This document shows positions 10,166 through 18,037 of a stretch of DNA of 64,000 nucleotides, piece after piece (the first letter of the stretch is position 1; the number at the start of each line of letters is the position of its first letter). The DNA lies in contig CAVDRM010000003.1 of the NCBI GenBank assembly GCA_963611355.1, positions 16,020 to 80,019 on the forward strand, in the 5' to 3' direction. The DNA is from Anaerovibrio sp. (lineage in GTDB: Bacteria > Bacillota > Clostridia > Christensenellales > Aristaeellaceae). The translations under genes and the position numbers were made by a program. The notes below the pieces were generated by a model. The model worked only from the letters and a program-made list of their open reading frames with translations. It was not told the origin of the DNA and made no database searches.

Positions 10166-10605
10166 CCGCATCCGAAGCCTTTCATATCGCCGTGCCGCGC
10201 AGCCCGGCCGTCCTGTGTCTTTTGCATGACGGGGACACGGAGCTGATTGCCGTTGACTGGTTTACATGGCTGAATTTAACGCATCAGCCCATGCTCAGCT
10301 ATGCCATGCAGCGCTCCGCCCGCTATGGTCTTGAATTAAAAAGCGGGGACGAGCTTTATTTGGCCTTCCCGTCCGCAAAAGAGACCGCGCTGTTCAAATC
10401 GGGCGTCTGTGCCTCGCCCGATGCCCTGCAGGACGGCAGCGGCAAAACGCCCGCCGTCCGTCTGTGCGGCTCTGTGCTTGTGCCGTCCGGCAGCGAAATC
10501 GTGCTTCGATGCACCCTGTCCCGCGCCTACAACTTCCCCTTCAAAAAGGTGCGCATCTTCAACTGCAATTTTGAAGAGGCCGTGGAGCTGAAGCAGGAGG
10601 CATAA
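10162..10605 (+). CDS. Hypothetical 147-aa protein, possibly flavin-reductase-like split barrel
   Basis: The ATG at 10162 overlaps the hydratase stop (ATGA). The pattern PRSPAVLCLLHDGDTELIAVDWFTWLNLTHQPMLSYAM...GDELYLAFPS resembles COG1853-type FMN-binding split-barrel proteins. The family assignment is by eye only. Confidence 0.5.
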   Translation: MTASEAFHIAVPRSPAVLCLLHDGDTELIAVDWFTWLNLTHQPMLSYAMQRSARYGLELKSGDELYLAFPSAKETALFKSGVCASPDALQDGSGKTPAVRLCGSVLVPSGSEIVLRCTLSRAYNFPFKKVRIFNCNFEEAVELKQEA

Positions 10606-10661
10606 AGTAAAAGAGGCGGAAACCCTTTCCGCTTGAACCAGTCTCTTTGCGGGGCAGATAA

Positions 10662-10690
10662 AAGCGGCATGGCGTATGACCATGCCGCTT
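10662..10690. repeat. 29-nt palindromic unit, copy 1 (aagcggcatgg-cgtatga-ccatgccgctt)
   Basis: A perfect 11-bp stem with a 7-nt loop. An identical copy lies at 10903-10931. Confidence 0.85.
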
Positions 10691-10729
10691 CAGTCTGTCG
10701 AACAAGTCCGCGGACATTCTGGGGGATGC

Positions 10730-10757
10730 ATGAAGGGGCCGCAGCCCCTTCATTTTT
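10730..10757 (+). terminator. Rho-independent terminator after the cit/hydratase operon
   Basis: atgaaggggc-cgca-gccccttcat (10-bp GC-rich stem) followed by tttt. Confidence 0.6.
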
Positions 10758-10902
10758 GATCGTATCGACCGGCTTTGCCGGTCGGACGGGGCGATTTTTC
10801 GGAGCGTCAGCGCAGAAAAAGCATTTCCGCAGCCTTGCCATGCAGGATGAATGGCTTCAGCCTGCATGGAGCGTGTCAAAAACGCAGTTCTTTGACACGC
10901 AG

Positions 10903-10931
10903 AAGCGGCATGGCGTATGACCATGCCGCTT
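10903..10931. repeat. 29-nt palindromic unit, copy 2
   Basis: Identical to 10662-10690. It lies 18 nt from the pepS stop codon. Confidence 0.85.
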
Positions 10932-10948
10932 GCCGTACAACCAGGCCG

Positions 10949-12199
10949 TTATTTTACCTGTTCGGCCCAAGTGCCATTTCTGAAAACAGGCTCGCTTGTC
11001 CCGTCGGCGCGGTAGCCGGTGATGTTCAAATCCTCCGAGCCGACCATAAAGTCCACATGGATGACGGAATCATTGACGCCGAGGGCGCGGATTTCCTCGT
11101 CCGATTTATCGAGGAAGCCCTCAATAACCTCAGGAAAGCCGTGCCCGACGGCGACATGGCAGCAGGCGTTTTCATCAAACAGGGTATTATAAAAAAGCAG
11201 GCCGGAGCGATTGATGGGCGATTCCTTCGGCACAAGCGCCACCTCGCCCAGCATGGACGCGCCCGCATCCACCGCGAACATCTTTCGGAGCGCCTCCTCC
11301 CCCTCCTCCGCATGACAGCCGCAGACCTTGCCGTCCTTAAAGTCCACGCTGAAATTGCGGATGAGCTGACCGGAATAGCTGAGCGGCTTCGTCGCCACCA
11401 GGCGTCCCTCGCACTGTCCGGCCAGCGGGCTGGTGAAGACCTCCTCCGTGGGCATATTGGGAATATAGAAGACGTGATTCAGATGATTGACGTCCCGTGC
11501 GCCGCTCCACTTGGCGCCGGGAATCAGGCTGACAAAAAAGTCCGTGCCGTTGACACTCTCATAGTGCAGGCGGGTGAACTGCTGCGCATTGAGCCATTGG
11601 GCGTGTTCCTCCATCGAACGAGTGTGCTGTTCCCACAGTTCAACCGGATCCTCATCCGCCTTGTTCAGCCGCACGCAGGCAAAAATCGCGTCCCACAGGC
11701 GGCTGACAGCCTCCTGCGCATCCAAATCGGGGAAGACCTTCTGCGCCCACTTCGGGGAAGCTGCGGCGACAATCAGCCACTGATGCTTGCCGTCAATGGC
11801 GTCGCGGTACTTTTTCAGCACCTGCCCCCGCGTCTTTCGCACATAAGAAAGCACGTCCGGCGAAACGCCGTTCAGCGCATCGGGGTCATCCGATTCGATG
11901 AAGATACGCGCCGGCAAATCGTCCACCATCTGCTTGGACTGTGCCTCCTGCCACGGCAGCACCTCGCCCAGCACCTCTTTGTCGGCGTTCAGGTAGTTGA
12001 TTTTGTCCGTTTCGTTGCAGAGCCAGCGCGTTTCGACCAGCTTTGCGCCGGCCTTATATGCCTCCTTCATCACGGCGCAGGCCAGCGGCATCTGGTCAAT
12101 GCCGACCATCAGCAGCACCTTCTGGCCGGGCTGCACATTCGCGCCTGTCTTCACGATAAGCCGCGCATAGCGTTCCAAATCATGCGGGGAAGGAATCAT
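10949..12199 (-). CDS. Aminopeptidase, M29 (AmpS/PepS) family
   Basis: 416 aa. MIPSPHDLERYARLIVKTGANVQPGQKVLL and the C-terminal ...HVAVGHGFPE...IHVDFM are typical of thermophilic-metalloprotease M29 aminopeptidases. RBS ggagg. Confidence 0.9.
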   Translation of the reverse strand: MIPSPHDLERYARLIVKTGANVQPGQKVLLMVGIDQMPLACAVMKEAYKAGAKLVETRWLCNETDKINYLNADKEVLGEVLPWQEAQSKQMVDDLPARIFIESDDPDALNGVSPDVLSYVRKTRGQVLKKYRDAIDGKHQWLIVAAASPKWAQKVFPDLDAQEAVSRLWDAIFACVRLNKADEDPVELWEQHTRSMEEHAQWLNAQQFTRLHYESVNGTDFFVSLIPGAKWSGARDVNHLNHVFYIPNMPTEEVFTSPLAGQCEGRLVATKPLSYSGQLIRNFSVDFKDGKVCGCHAEEGEEALRKMFAVDAGASMLGEVALVPKESPINRSGLLFYNTLFDENACCHVAVGHGFPEVIEGFLDKSDEEIRALGVNDSVIHVDFMVGSEDLNITGYRADGTSEPVFRNGTWAEQVK

Positions 12200-12290
12200 G
12201 GTATCAGCCTCCGTTTTGTCATGTATTTTGCCGCCTCGTCAAGCATCCAAAAGGGCATGTTCGGTCCCTGCCGAATTGTGCGGCGATACT

Positions 12291-12319
12291 TTAAAAAGGG
12301 CTGCCGAAGCCGCCCTTTT
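12291..12319 (-). terminator. Terminator-like hairpin with a cUUCGg tetraloop inside the pepS upstream region
   Basis: Minus-strand RNA AAGGGCGGC-UUCG-GCAGCCCUU followed by UUU(AA). It lies 92 nt upstream of the pepS ATG. Confidence 0.45.
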
Positions 12320-12519
12320 CATTGACCCCAAGATGCCGCTGTCCCCTATAAATTCACCCGCTATGTATAAGCAGGCCGGTACCCTGCGCGGTCATTTGCC
12401 GTCCCCTGGCACGTCCAAAAACGCGGGGGCATGACAGCCGAACCTAAATTCGACCCGGGTTCCGTTTCATGAAATGTGGGGAAAAATAGAAGACTGGCGC
12501 ACATCCCAGGAAGCCCTGT
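12293..12519 (-). ncRNA. Candidate structured RNA (pepS leader/riboswitch-like element or independent sRNA); class unknown
   Basis: Bounded by a consensus promoter (12526-12554, minus) and the terminator-like hairpin (12291-12319). It contains several internal palindromes (tttcatgaaa, acccgggt) and has no credible ORF. Confidence 0.3.
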
Positions 12520-12525
12520 AATCAT

Positions 12526-12554
12526 AGTATATGCGCTTTCCAGCATCTTGTCAA
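12526..12554 (-). promoter_or_regulatory. Near-consensus sigma-70 promoter on the minus strand (TTGACA-17 nt-TATACT)
   Basis: The reverse complement of 12526-12554 reads ttgaca agatgctggaaagcgca tatact. No other good promoter is visible between here and pepS. Confidence 0.55.
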
Positions 12555-12661
12555 CCCAATTTATCTGGTTACCATTTTCGCCCTATTCAACGATTTTCGC
12601 CGGCCATTTTGTCCCGCACGGAAAATATCGGAAAGGGCGGGTATTTTTTCAAAAAAAGGGC

Positions 12662-12691
12662 TTGCGTTCTTCGCCGAAAATATGGTATACT
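12662..12691 (+). promoter_or_regulatory. Candidate rplS promoter (TTGCGT-18 nt-TATACT)
   Basis: ttgcgt at 12662-12667 and tatact at 12686-12691. This leaves a 5' leader of about 105 nt before the rplS ATG. Confidence 0.5.
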
Positions 12692-12800
12692 AACGCTTGT
12701 GTGAAACGGACGGTCCGCTGTCGGCATACGCATGGCGGTCTTCGTGACCGGCGTGTACCAGCCGCACATGAACGTCTATGAGGGAAGGAGGAAATTGACA

Positions 12801-13151
12801 ATGAGTGAAATCATCCGTTCAATCGAAGCTGCTCAGCTCCGTACCGATCTGCCCGCGTTCCGCGTCGGCGACACCGTCCGCGTGTTCGTCAAGGTCGTCG
12901 AGGGCAGCCGCGAGCGTCTTCAGGCGTTCGAGGGTGTTGTGATTGCAAAGCGCAACGGCTCCAGCCGTGAGACCTTCACCGTCCGCCGTGTTTCTTACGG
13001 CATCGGCGTGGAGCGCACGTTCCCGCTGCATTCCCCGCGTGTGGATCATATCGAAATCATCCGCCGCGGCAAGGTTCGCCGCGCCAAGCTGTACTATCTG
13101 CGCGGTCTTCAGGGCAAGGCCGCCAAGATCAAGGAAGCCGGCCGCCGGTAA
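12801..13151 (+). CDS. rplS: 50S ribosomal protein L19
   Basis: RBS ggaaggagg. [51 protein letters not shown]... is unmistakably L19. Confidence 0.95.
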   Translation: MSEIIRSIEAAQLRTDLPAFRVGDTVRVFVKVVEGSRERLQAFEGVVIAKRNGSSRETFTVRRVSYGIGVERTFPLHSPRVDHIEIIRRGKVRRAKLYYLRGLQGKAAKIKEAGRR

Positions 13152-13169
13152 TCGGCAACGAACGATCAA

Positions 13170-13200
13170 AAGGAAGCTCGAAGTTTCGGGCTTCCTTTTT
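13170..13200. terminator. Bidirectional terminator between rplS and the ybaK-like gene
   Basis: aaggaagc...gcttcctt stem followed by ttttt, with A-rich sequence on the other side. Confidence 0.6.
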
Positions 13201-13214
13201 GCTTTGCGGCCGTG

Positions 13215-13697
13215 CTACAGTTCCAAAATAACGACCTCATTGCCCAGCTCCCTGACAGCGCCTATCAGCGCGGGCGCGGAAAGCCAGACCGTCGCATCGT
13301 TCTGATTGGGGTGAACGCCGATTCGGTCGCGCCGCGCTATTTTTGCATCGAACACGACCGTCACCTCATGCCGTTCGTCATTCAGCACACCAAAGGGCGA
13401 AACGCAGCCCGCCGTCACGCCTAAGTATTTTTGCAGGCGCTCTGCCGAGGCAAAGCTCAGCTTGCCCGCGCCCAGCCTTTCGCCCAGCTCCTTCAGGCGG
13501 ACAGCCGTGCCGTCGTCCGCCGTGATTAAAAAATGGCGCTTGCCCTTGACGTCCCGAACAAAGAGGTTCTTGCATATCGTGCCGAGTTTGTTGAGACCCA
13601 GCCTTTCCATCTCCTCCATGGTATAAACCGGCTCATGCTCCGTCACCGCATAGGGAATGCCCTGCGCCCGTAAAAAATCAAAAACTGCCTGCTTCAC
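13215..13697 (-). CDS. YbaK/ProX-type aminoacyl-tRNA editing domain protein
   Basis: 160 aa. ...ICKNLFVRDVKGKRHFLI...GCVSPFGVLND...VHPNQNDATV matches the YbaK/prolyl-tRNA-synthetase-associated domain pattern. Confidence 0.8.
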   Translation of the reverse strand: MKQAVFDFLRAQGIPYAVTEHEPVYTMEEMERLGLNKLGTICKNLFVRDVKGKRHFLITADDGTAVRLKELGERLGAGKLSFASAERLQKYLGVTAGCVSPFGVLNDERHEVTVVFDAKIARRDRIGVHPNQNDATVWLSAPALIGAVRELGNEVVILEL

Positions 13698-13814
13698 CGT
13701 GCTGTCAGCCCTTTCCGCCGTTGCTTAACGCAGGAGATTATACCGCATTTGCGCATCCGCTTCAATCATCTATGTAAAATAAAGGGTTTTGGCGCGTTTG
13801 ACCTACGGATTTTC

Positions 13815-13843
13815 TTGACACCGTTGCAATTCTGTAATACAAT
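13815..13843 (+). promoter_or_regulatory. Candidate promoter (TTGACA-17 nt-TACAAT) for the surface-protein gene
   Basis: ttgaca at 13815-13820 and tacaat at 13838-13843. Confidence 0.45.
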
Positions 13844-13911
13844 AGAAACAACTGAACATGGCTTTATGCGCGTTTTGCAAAAAAATGCGCTTTCAGGAAG
13901 GAGGGAAGGGC

Positions 13912-15900
13912 ATGACATCTGCCCTGAAATCAATGATGAAACGGGTGCTGCCGGTGCTTGCGCTGCTTTGTTTGCTTTTCTGCGCGGCGTTGGCGGAGGA
14001 TGCGCCCGTCGAGGCGACCATAACGCTGACTCCCTCATCAATGGCCGTGCCGTCCGATGCGGAATACTCCATCCGCGTCGCCAATCTATCCGGCGAGGAT
14101 ATGACGAGCGCGGTCACGCTGTATGACCCGGTGGGCAAGGTCGTCGCCGGCTTTGGGGACGGCGGCAGCGCCATCCTAAAGAGCGAGGAATACCGCACCG
14201 TGACCGGACAGGTCAGTGTCACGCAGAAGCAGCTGGACGAGGGCGAGGTGAGCTTCACCCTGCGCTATAAGGACACGGACGGCAGCGACCGGCAGCTTGC
14301 CATCTCTGCGCCCGTGACCTACACGGGCGAAAGGGCGGAGTTGGAGGTATCCCGAACGCTGTCGCCGGAGGTCGTGCGCCAGAATGCGACCGCAACGGTC
14401 ATTTACGAGCTGTACAACGCGGGCACGGTGAATCTGACGAACATCAAGGTCGTTGAAAACATCGCCTCCAAGTCCCCGCAGACGATTGCCTCCCTGAAGG
14501 TGGGCGAAAAGAAAACGCTGACCTTCACCGCCAAGATGCAGACCAAGGACTTAATCAGCACCGCCAAAATCACCTACAAGGCCGCGGGGGCAAGCAAGAG
14601 CAGCACCATGCAGCTCGACCAGCTGACCATTCCCGTCGCCGTGAAGGGCTTAAAGGTATCGCTCGGCGCGAGCAGTAATTCCGTGAACATCGGCGACACC
14701 ATCGTGCTGACCCTGACGGCGGAAAACAACGGCAATATTTCCTACACGGACGTGACCGTCACGGACGAAAAGCTCGGCACGGTGTTTGAGGGGCTGTCCA
14801 TCCCCGCCGGAAGCGTGATCACCAAGGAAAAGGAAGTCACCGTGCTGGAGCCGACGCGCTACACCTTCACGCTCACGCTCAATGACAACACGGGCATGAC
14901 CAACACCATCACCACGGACGGCGTGCCTGTCAGCGCGTATGACCCCGATAAGGAGCTGAAGCTCACCCTGCTTCTGACCGCCGACAAGGAGACCGTGGAG
15001 AGCCTGCCCGCCGATGTGCGCATGACCATTCAGGTCAGCAACGTCAGCAGCGTGGACTGCACCAAAATCCAAATCAAGCACGGCGAGACCTCCATCTGCA
15101 CCATTGCCTCCCTGAAGGCCGGCGAAAGCACGACCATCAAGCGTGATTTTTCCATTTCTCAGTCCGGCAAGTTCCGCTTTACGGCGACTGCCAAGGATAG
15201 CATCGGCAATTCCGTCAGCTTTGATTCCAACACCCTGTCGATTGCCTATGCCGCGCCGACCGCCACGCCGACCCAAGTTCCCGAAATCACGGTCGCGCCG
15301 CTGGTGACGGTTGCGCCCGCCTCCTACAACGATGTGGATGATTCCCTGCGCGTTACGCGCAACACGCTGTACACGGCGGCCTTTGTGCTGGGCGGCGCGT
15401 TTGCCCTCTGCGCCCTGCTTTACATCGCCAGCGCCATTGTCCGCGCCGGAAAACGGCATCAGTCCAATCAGGCGTATGACCATTTGGAGCTGGCCGAACG
15501 CCGCGACTTTACCGAGCCTGCCGAGGAAAAAACCGCGCCCTCGCAGCAGGATGAAGGCGTTGAAAACCGCGGGCAGGAGGACGAGGACATCGTCATGCCG
15601 CACGAGAAGCTGCTGCGCGAATGGGAAGAGCAGGACGAGGAGCCGATGTTTGACATTCCCGACCCTGTGCCGCCAGAGCAGCTCATCCGCCCCGAAGGAG
15701 CCGATATGCCAGCCGCCGCGCCGGAGACGGAACGCCCCGCCGATGCGCCCGATGCCGATGAGCAGGGCGGCTACCGCATAAGCCGCGCCGAGGATGAGCC
15801 GCGGCCCGATGCCGAGCAGCCCGCGCCGGAGGCAGAGCCCGAAAAGCCGCGCCGCCGCCGCGCCGTCAAGAAAAAGGCCGAACAGCAGGACGAGGAATAA
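13912..15900 (+). CDS. Type-I membrane surface protein with tandem beta-sandwich (DUF11/CARDB-like) repeats and an acidic/Pro-rich cytoplasmic tail
   Basis: RBS ggaaggaggg. Signal peptide MTSALKSMMKRVLPVLALLCLLFCAALA. About 4-5 repeats of roughly 100 aa (e.g. ...TVIYELYNAGTVNLTNIKVVE..., ...IVLTLTAENNGNISYTDVTVTDEKLG..., ...MTIQVSNVSSVDCTKIQIKHG...). One TM (LYTAAFVLGGAFALCALLYIASAIV). A 150-aa E/P/A/D-rich tail. Confidence 0.7.
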   Translation: MTSALKSMMKRVLPVLALLCLLFCAALAEDAPVEATITLTPSSMAVPSDAEYSIRVANLSGEDMTSAVTLYDPVGKVVAGFGDGGSAILKSEEYRTVTGQVSVTQKQLDEGEVSFTLRYKDTDGSDRQLAISAPVTYTGERAELEVSRTLSPEVVRQNATATVIYELYNAGTVNLTNIKVVENIASKSPQTIASLKVGEKKTLTFTAKMQTKDLISTAKITYKAAGASKSSTMQLDQLTIPVAVKGLKVSLGASSNSVNIGDTIVLTLTAENNGNISYTDVTVTDEKLGTVFEGLSIPAGSVITKEKEVTVLEPTRYTFTLTLNDNTGMTNTITTDGVPVSAYDPDKELKLTLLLTADKETVESLPADVRMTIQVSNVSSVDCTKIQIKHGETSICTIASLKAGESTTIKRDFSISQSGKFRFTATAKDSIGNSVSFDSNTLSIAYAAPTATPTQVPEITVAPLVTVAPASYNDVDDSLRVTRNTLYTAAFVLGGAFALCALLYIASAIVRAGKRHQSNQAYDHLELAERRDFTEPAEEKTAPSQQDEGVENRGQEDEDIVMPHEKLLREWEEQDEEPMFDIPDPVPPEQLIRPEGADMPAAAPETERPADAPDADEQGGYRISRAEDEPRPDAEQPAPEAEPEKPRRRRAVKKKAEQQDEE

Positions 15901-15999
15901 CAGGAATCGAATGTCCGAAAAACCGTTCTTAGTTTGCCCAAAGCACCCTTTTCTTTCCAGAAGACGCACTATGGAAGATATCGTAAGACGAATACCGAA

Positions 16000-16041
16000 A
16001 GCTCCGGCCTGCCGAACATTGGGCAGACCGGAGCTCTTTTG
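16000..16041. terminator. Convergent (bidirectional) terminator between the surface-protein gene and hslU
   Basis: agctccggcctgcc-gaacattg-ggcagaccggagct (14-bp stem, one mismatch) followed by cttttga. Confidence 0.6.
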
Positions 16042-16056
16042 ATCATTGTATCATCA

Positions 16057-17421
16057 TTACAGAATATACTTCTTCATATCCAGCGCCTTGGTGTCCTTGA
16101 GGTGGTCGCGGACATACTGCGCGGTGATGGACAGGTACACATCCGGCATATCGCCGCCGCCCGCATTGAAGGACACATCCTCCAGCAGCTCCTCAAACAC
16201 GGCGTGGAGGCGGCGTGCGCCGAGGTCCTCGCCGACCTCGTTCTGAAGCAGCGCAATATGCGCCACCTCATGCAGCGCATCCTCCTCAAAGGTCAGATGC
16301 ACACGGTCGACCTCCAGCAGCGCGGCATACTGGCGGGTGAGCGCGTTGTCCGTCTTGGTCAGGATATTGACAAAGTCCTCCTCGGAGAGGGATTTGAGCA
16401 TCACATGGACGGGGAAGCGCCCCTGCAATTCCGGAATCAGATCCGTGACCTTCGCCACATGGAACGCGCCGGCGGCGATAAAGAGCATGTAATCCGTGCG
16501 CACAGGGCCGTACTTGGTGTTGACCGTGCTGCCCTCCACGATGGGCAGAATATCGCGCTGAACGCCCTCGCGGGACACATCGGGGCCGCTCCCGCTGCCG
16601 CCGCGTCCGGCTATCTTGTCAATCTCGTCTAAAAAGACGATGCCGCTCTGCTCCGTGCGGCGCACGGCCTCCTCTTTGACGGCGTCCTCATCAATCAGCT
16701 TATCGGACTCCTCGGCAATGAGGATTTCCCTCGCCTCGCGCACCTTCACACGGCGCATTTTGGTCTTTTTCGGCATCATGCCGCCCATCATGTCGCCCAA
16801 GGAAATGGACGCGCCGCCCACCTCCAGCTGCGGCATATTTTCCTCGACCTCAATTTCCAGCTCCTGCTCCTCCAGTTCACCGCGCCGGAGCTGCTCCCGC
16901 AGGGAATCCTTGCGCAGAGCCAGCTTTTCTTTTTCCTCGGTGCTCTGCTGCGGCTCCTCCTGCTTGCGGCCAAGCAGGAAATCCAGCGGGTTCTGCTGCT
17001 TCTTGACCGTCCCCGTCAAAAGCGTCAGCAGCCTGTCCTCGGCAATGACCTGCGCACGGGTCTTCACCCGCGCCGCATATTCGTCATGCACCATGCGCAC
17101 GGCGTTTTCGGTCAAATCGCGGATGATGGATTCAACATCGCGGCCGACATAGCCGACCTCGGTGAATTTGGTCGCCTCCACCTTGATAAACGGCGCGTTG
17201 ACCAGCTTGGCCAGACGGCGGGCGATTTCCGTCTTACCCACGCCCGTCGGTCCTATCATCAGAATGTTCTTGGGGGTGATTTCATTGCGAAGCTCTTCGG
17301 GAAGCTGCGCCCGGCGGTAGCGGTTGCGCAGCGCAATGGCCACGGCGCGTTTGGCATCGCTCTGGCCGATGATGTAGCGGTCAAGCTCGCGCACGACCTC
17401 ATGCGGTGATAACTCTTTCAT
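16057..17421 (-). CDS. hslU: ATP-dependent protease ATPase subunit HslU
   Basis: 454 aa. MKELSPHEVVRELDRYIIGQSDAKRAVAIALRNRYRR, Walker A GPTGVGKTEIARRLA, and the C-terminus ...DMKKYIL. Confidence 0.95.
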   Translation of the reverse strand: MKELSPHEVVRELDRYIIGQSDAKRAVAIALRNRYRRAQLPEELRNEITPKNILMIGPTGVGKTEIARRLAKLVNAPFIKVEATKFTEVGYVGRDVESIIRDLTENAVRMVHDEYAARVKTRAQVIAEDRLLTLLTGTVKKQQNPLDFLLGRKQEEPQQSTEEKEKLALRKDSLREQLRRGELEEQELEIEVEENMPQLEVGGASISLGDMMGGMMPKKTKMRRVKVREAREILIAEESDKLIDEDAVKEEAVRRTEQSGIVFLDEIDKIAGRGGSGSGPDVSREGVQRDILPIVEGSTVNTKYGPVRTDYMLFIAAGAFHVAKVTDLIPELQGRFPVHVMLKSLSEEDFVNILTKTDNALTRQYAALLEVDRVHLTFEEDALHEVAHIALLQNEVGEDLGARRLHAVFEELLEDVSFNAGGGDMPDVYLSITAQYVRDHLKDTKALDMKKYIL

Positions 17422-17432
17422 ACAATGTCTCC

Positions 17433-17978
17433 TTACACATCCTCAACGATGATATGCTCGTTGGTGAACACGCAGATGGACGCGGCTATCTCCAGCGCTT
17501 TTCGGGCGATTTCGTGCGCGGAAAGCTCCGTGTTCTGCACAAGGGCGCGGGCGGCTGCCAGGGCATAATTGCCGCCTGATCCGATGGCCGCCACGCCGTC
17601 ATCCGGGTCAATGACCTCGCCCGTGCCGGACAAAATCAGCATGCCCGTCTTATCCGCCACAATCATCATGGCCTCCAGCTGGCGCATGCCCTTGTCGCTG
17701 CGCCAGTCCTGCGCCAGCATGACGGCGGCGCGCTCCAGGTTGCCGCCGCACTGCGTCAGCTTCTCCTCAAAGCGGTCGCAGAGGGTGAAGGCGTCCGCCA
17801 CCGTTCCGGCAAAGCCCGTGACCACCTGCCCGTTGAAGATACGGCGCACCTTGTGCGCGGTCGTTTTGAAAATGGTGTTCTGTCCCATCGTGACCTGTCC
17901 GTCTCCGGCGATGGCAATCTGCCCGCCCCGATTGACGGCACAAATGGTCGTTCCCATGAGGTTGCCCATAAATTGCAT
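17433..17978 (-). CDS. hslV: ATP-dependent protease subunit HslV
   Basis: The catalytic N-terminal TT motif sits in ...[23 protein letters not shown]. The ORF-track start (18041) is probably too far upstream. ATG at 17978 (RBS gaaagga) or 17957 are the candidate starts. Confidence 0.9.
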   Translation of the reverse strand: MQFMGNLMGTTICAVNRGGQIAIAGDGQVTMGQNTIFKTTAHKVRRIFNGQVVTGFAGTVADAFTLCDRFEEKLTQCGGNLERAAVMLAQDWRSDKGMRQLEAMMIVADKTGMLILSGTGEVIDPDDGVAAIGSGGNYALAAARALVQNTELSAHEIARKALEIAASICVFTNEHIIVEDV

Positions 17979-18037
17979 AAGTCCTTTCTTTTGAATAGAG
18001 ATGGGCGTTAAAGCCCTTCGCTTTGCGCTTTGTTTCT

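Noticed and set aside
12293-12519. Resemblance of the pepS leader to ydaO/c-di-AMP (CGGGUGAAU, GGGGAC, GGAACCCGGGUC), 6S RNA, or T-box (CAGGGUACCGG).
   Set aside because: The motifs are in the wrong order and spacing for ydaO. No convincing 5'/3' closing stem with a central bubble exists for 6S. The T-box-like string is incomplete and misplaced. I left the element as unclassified.
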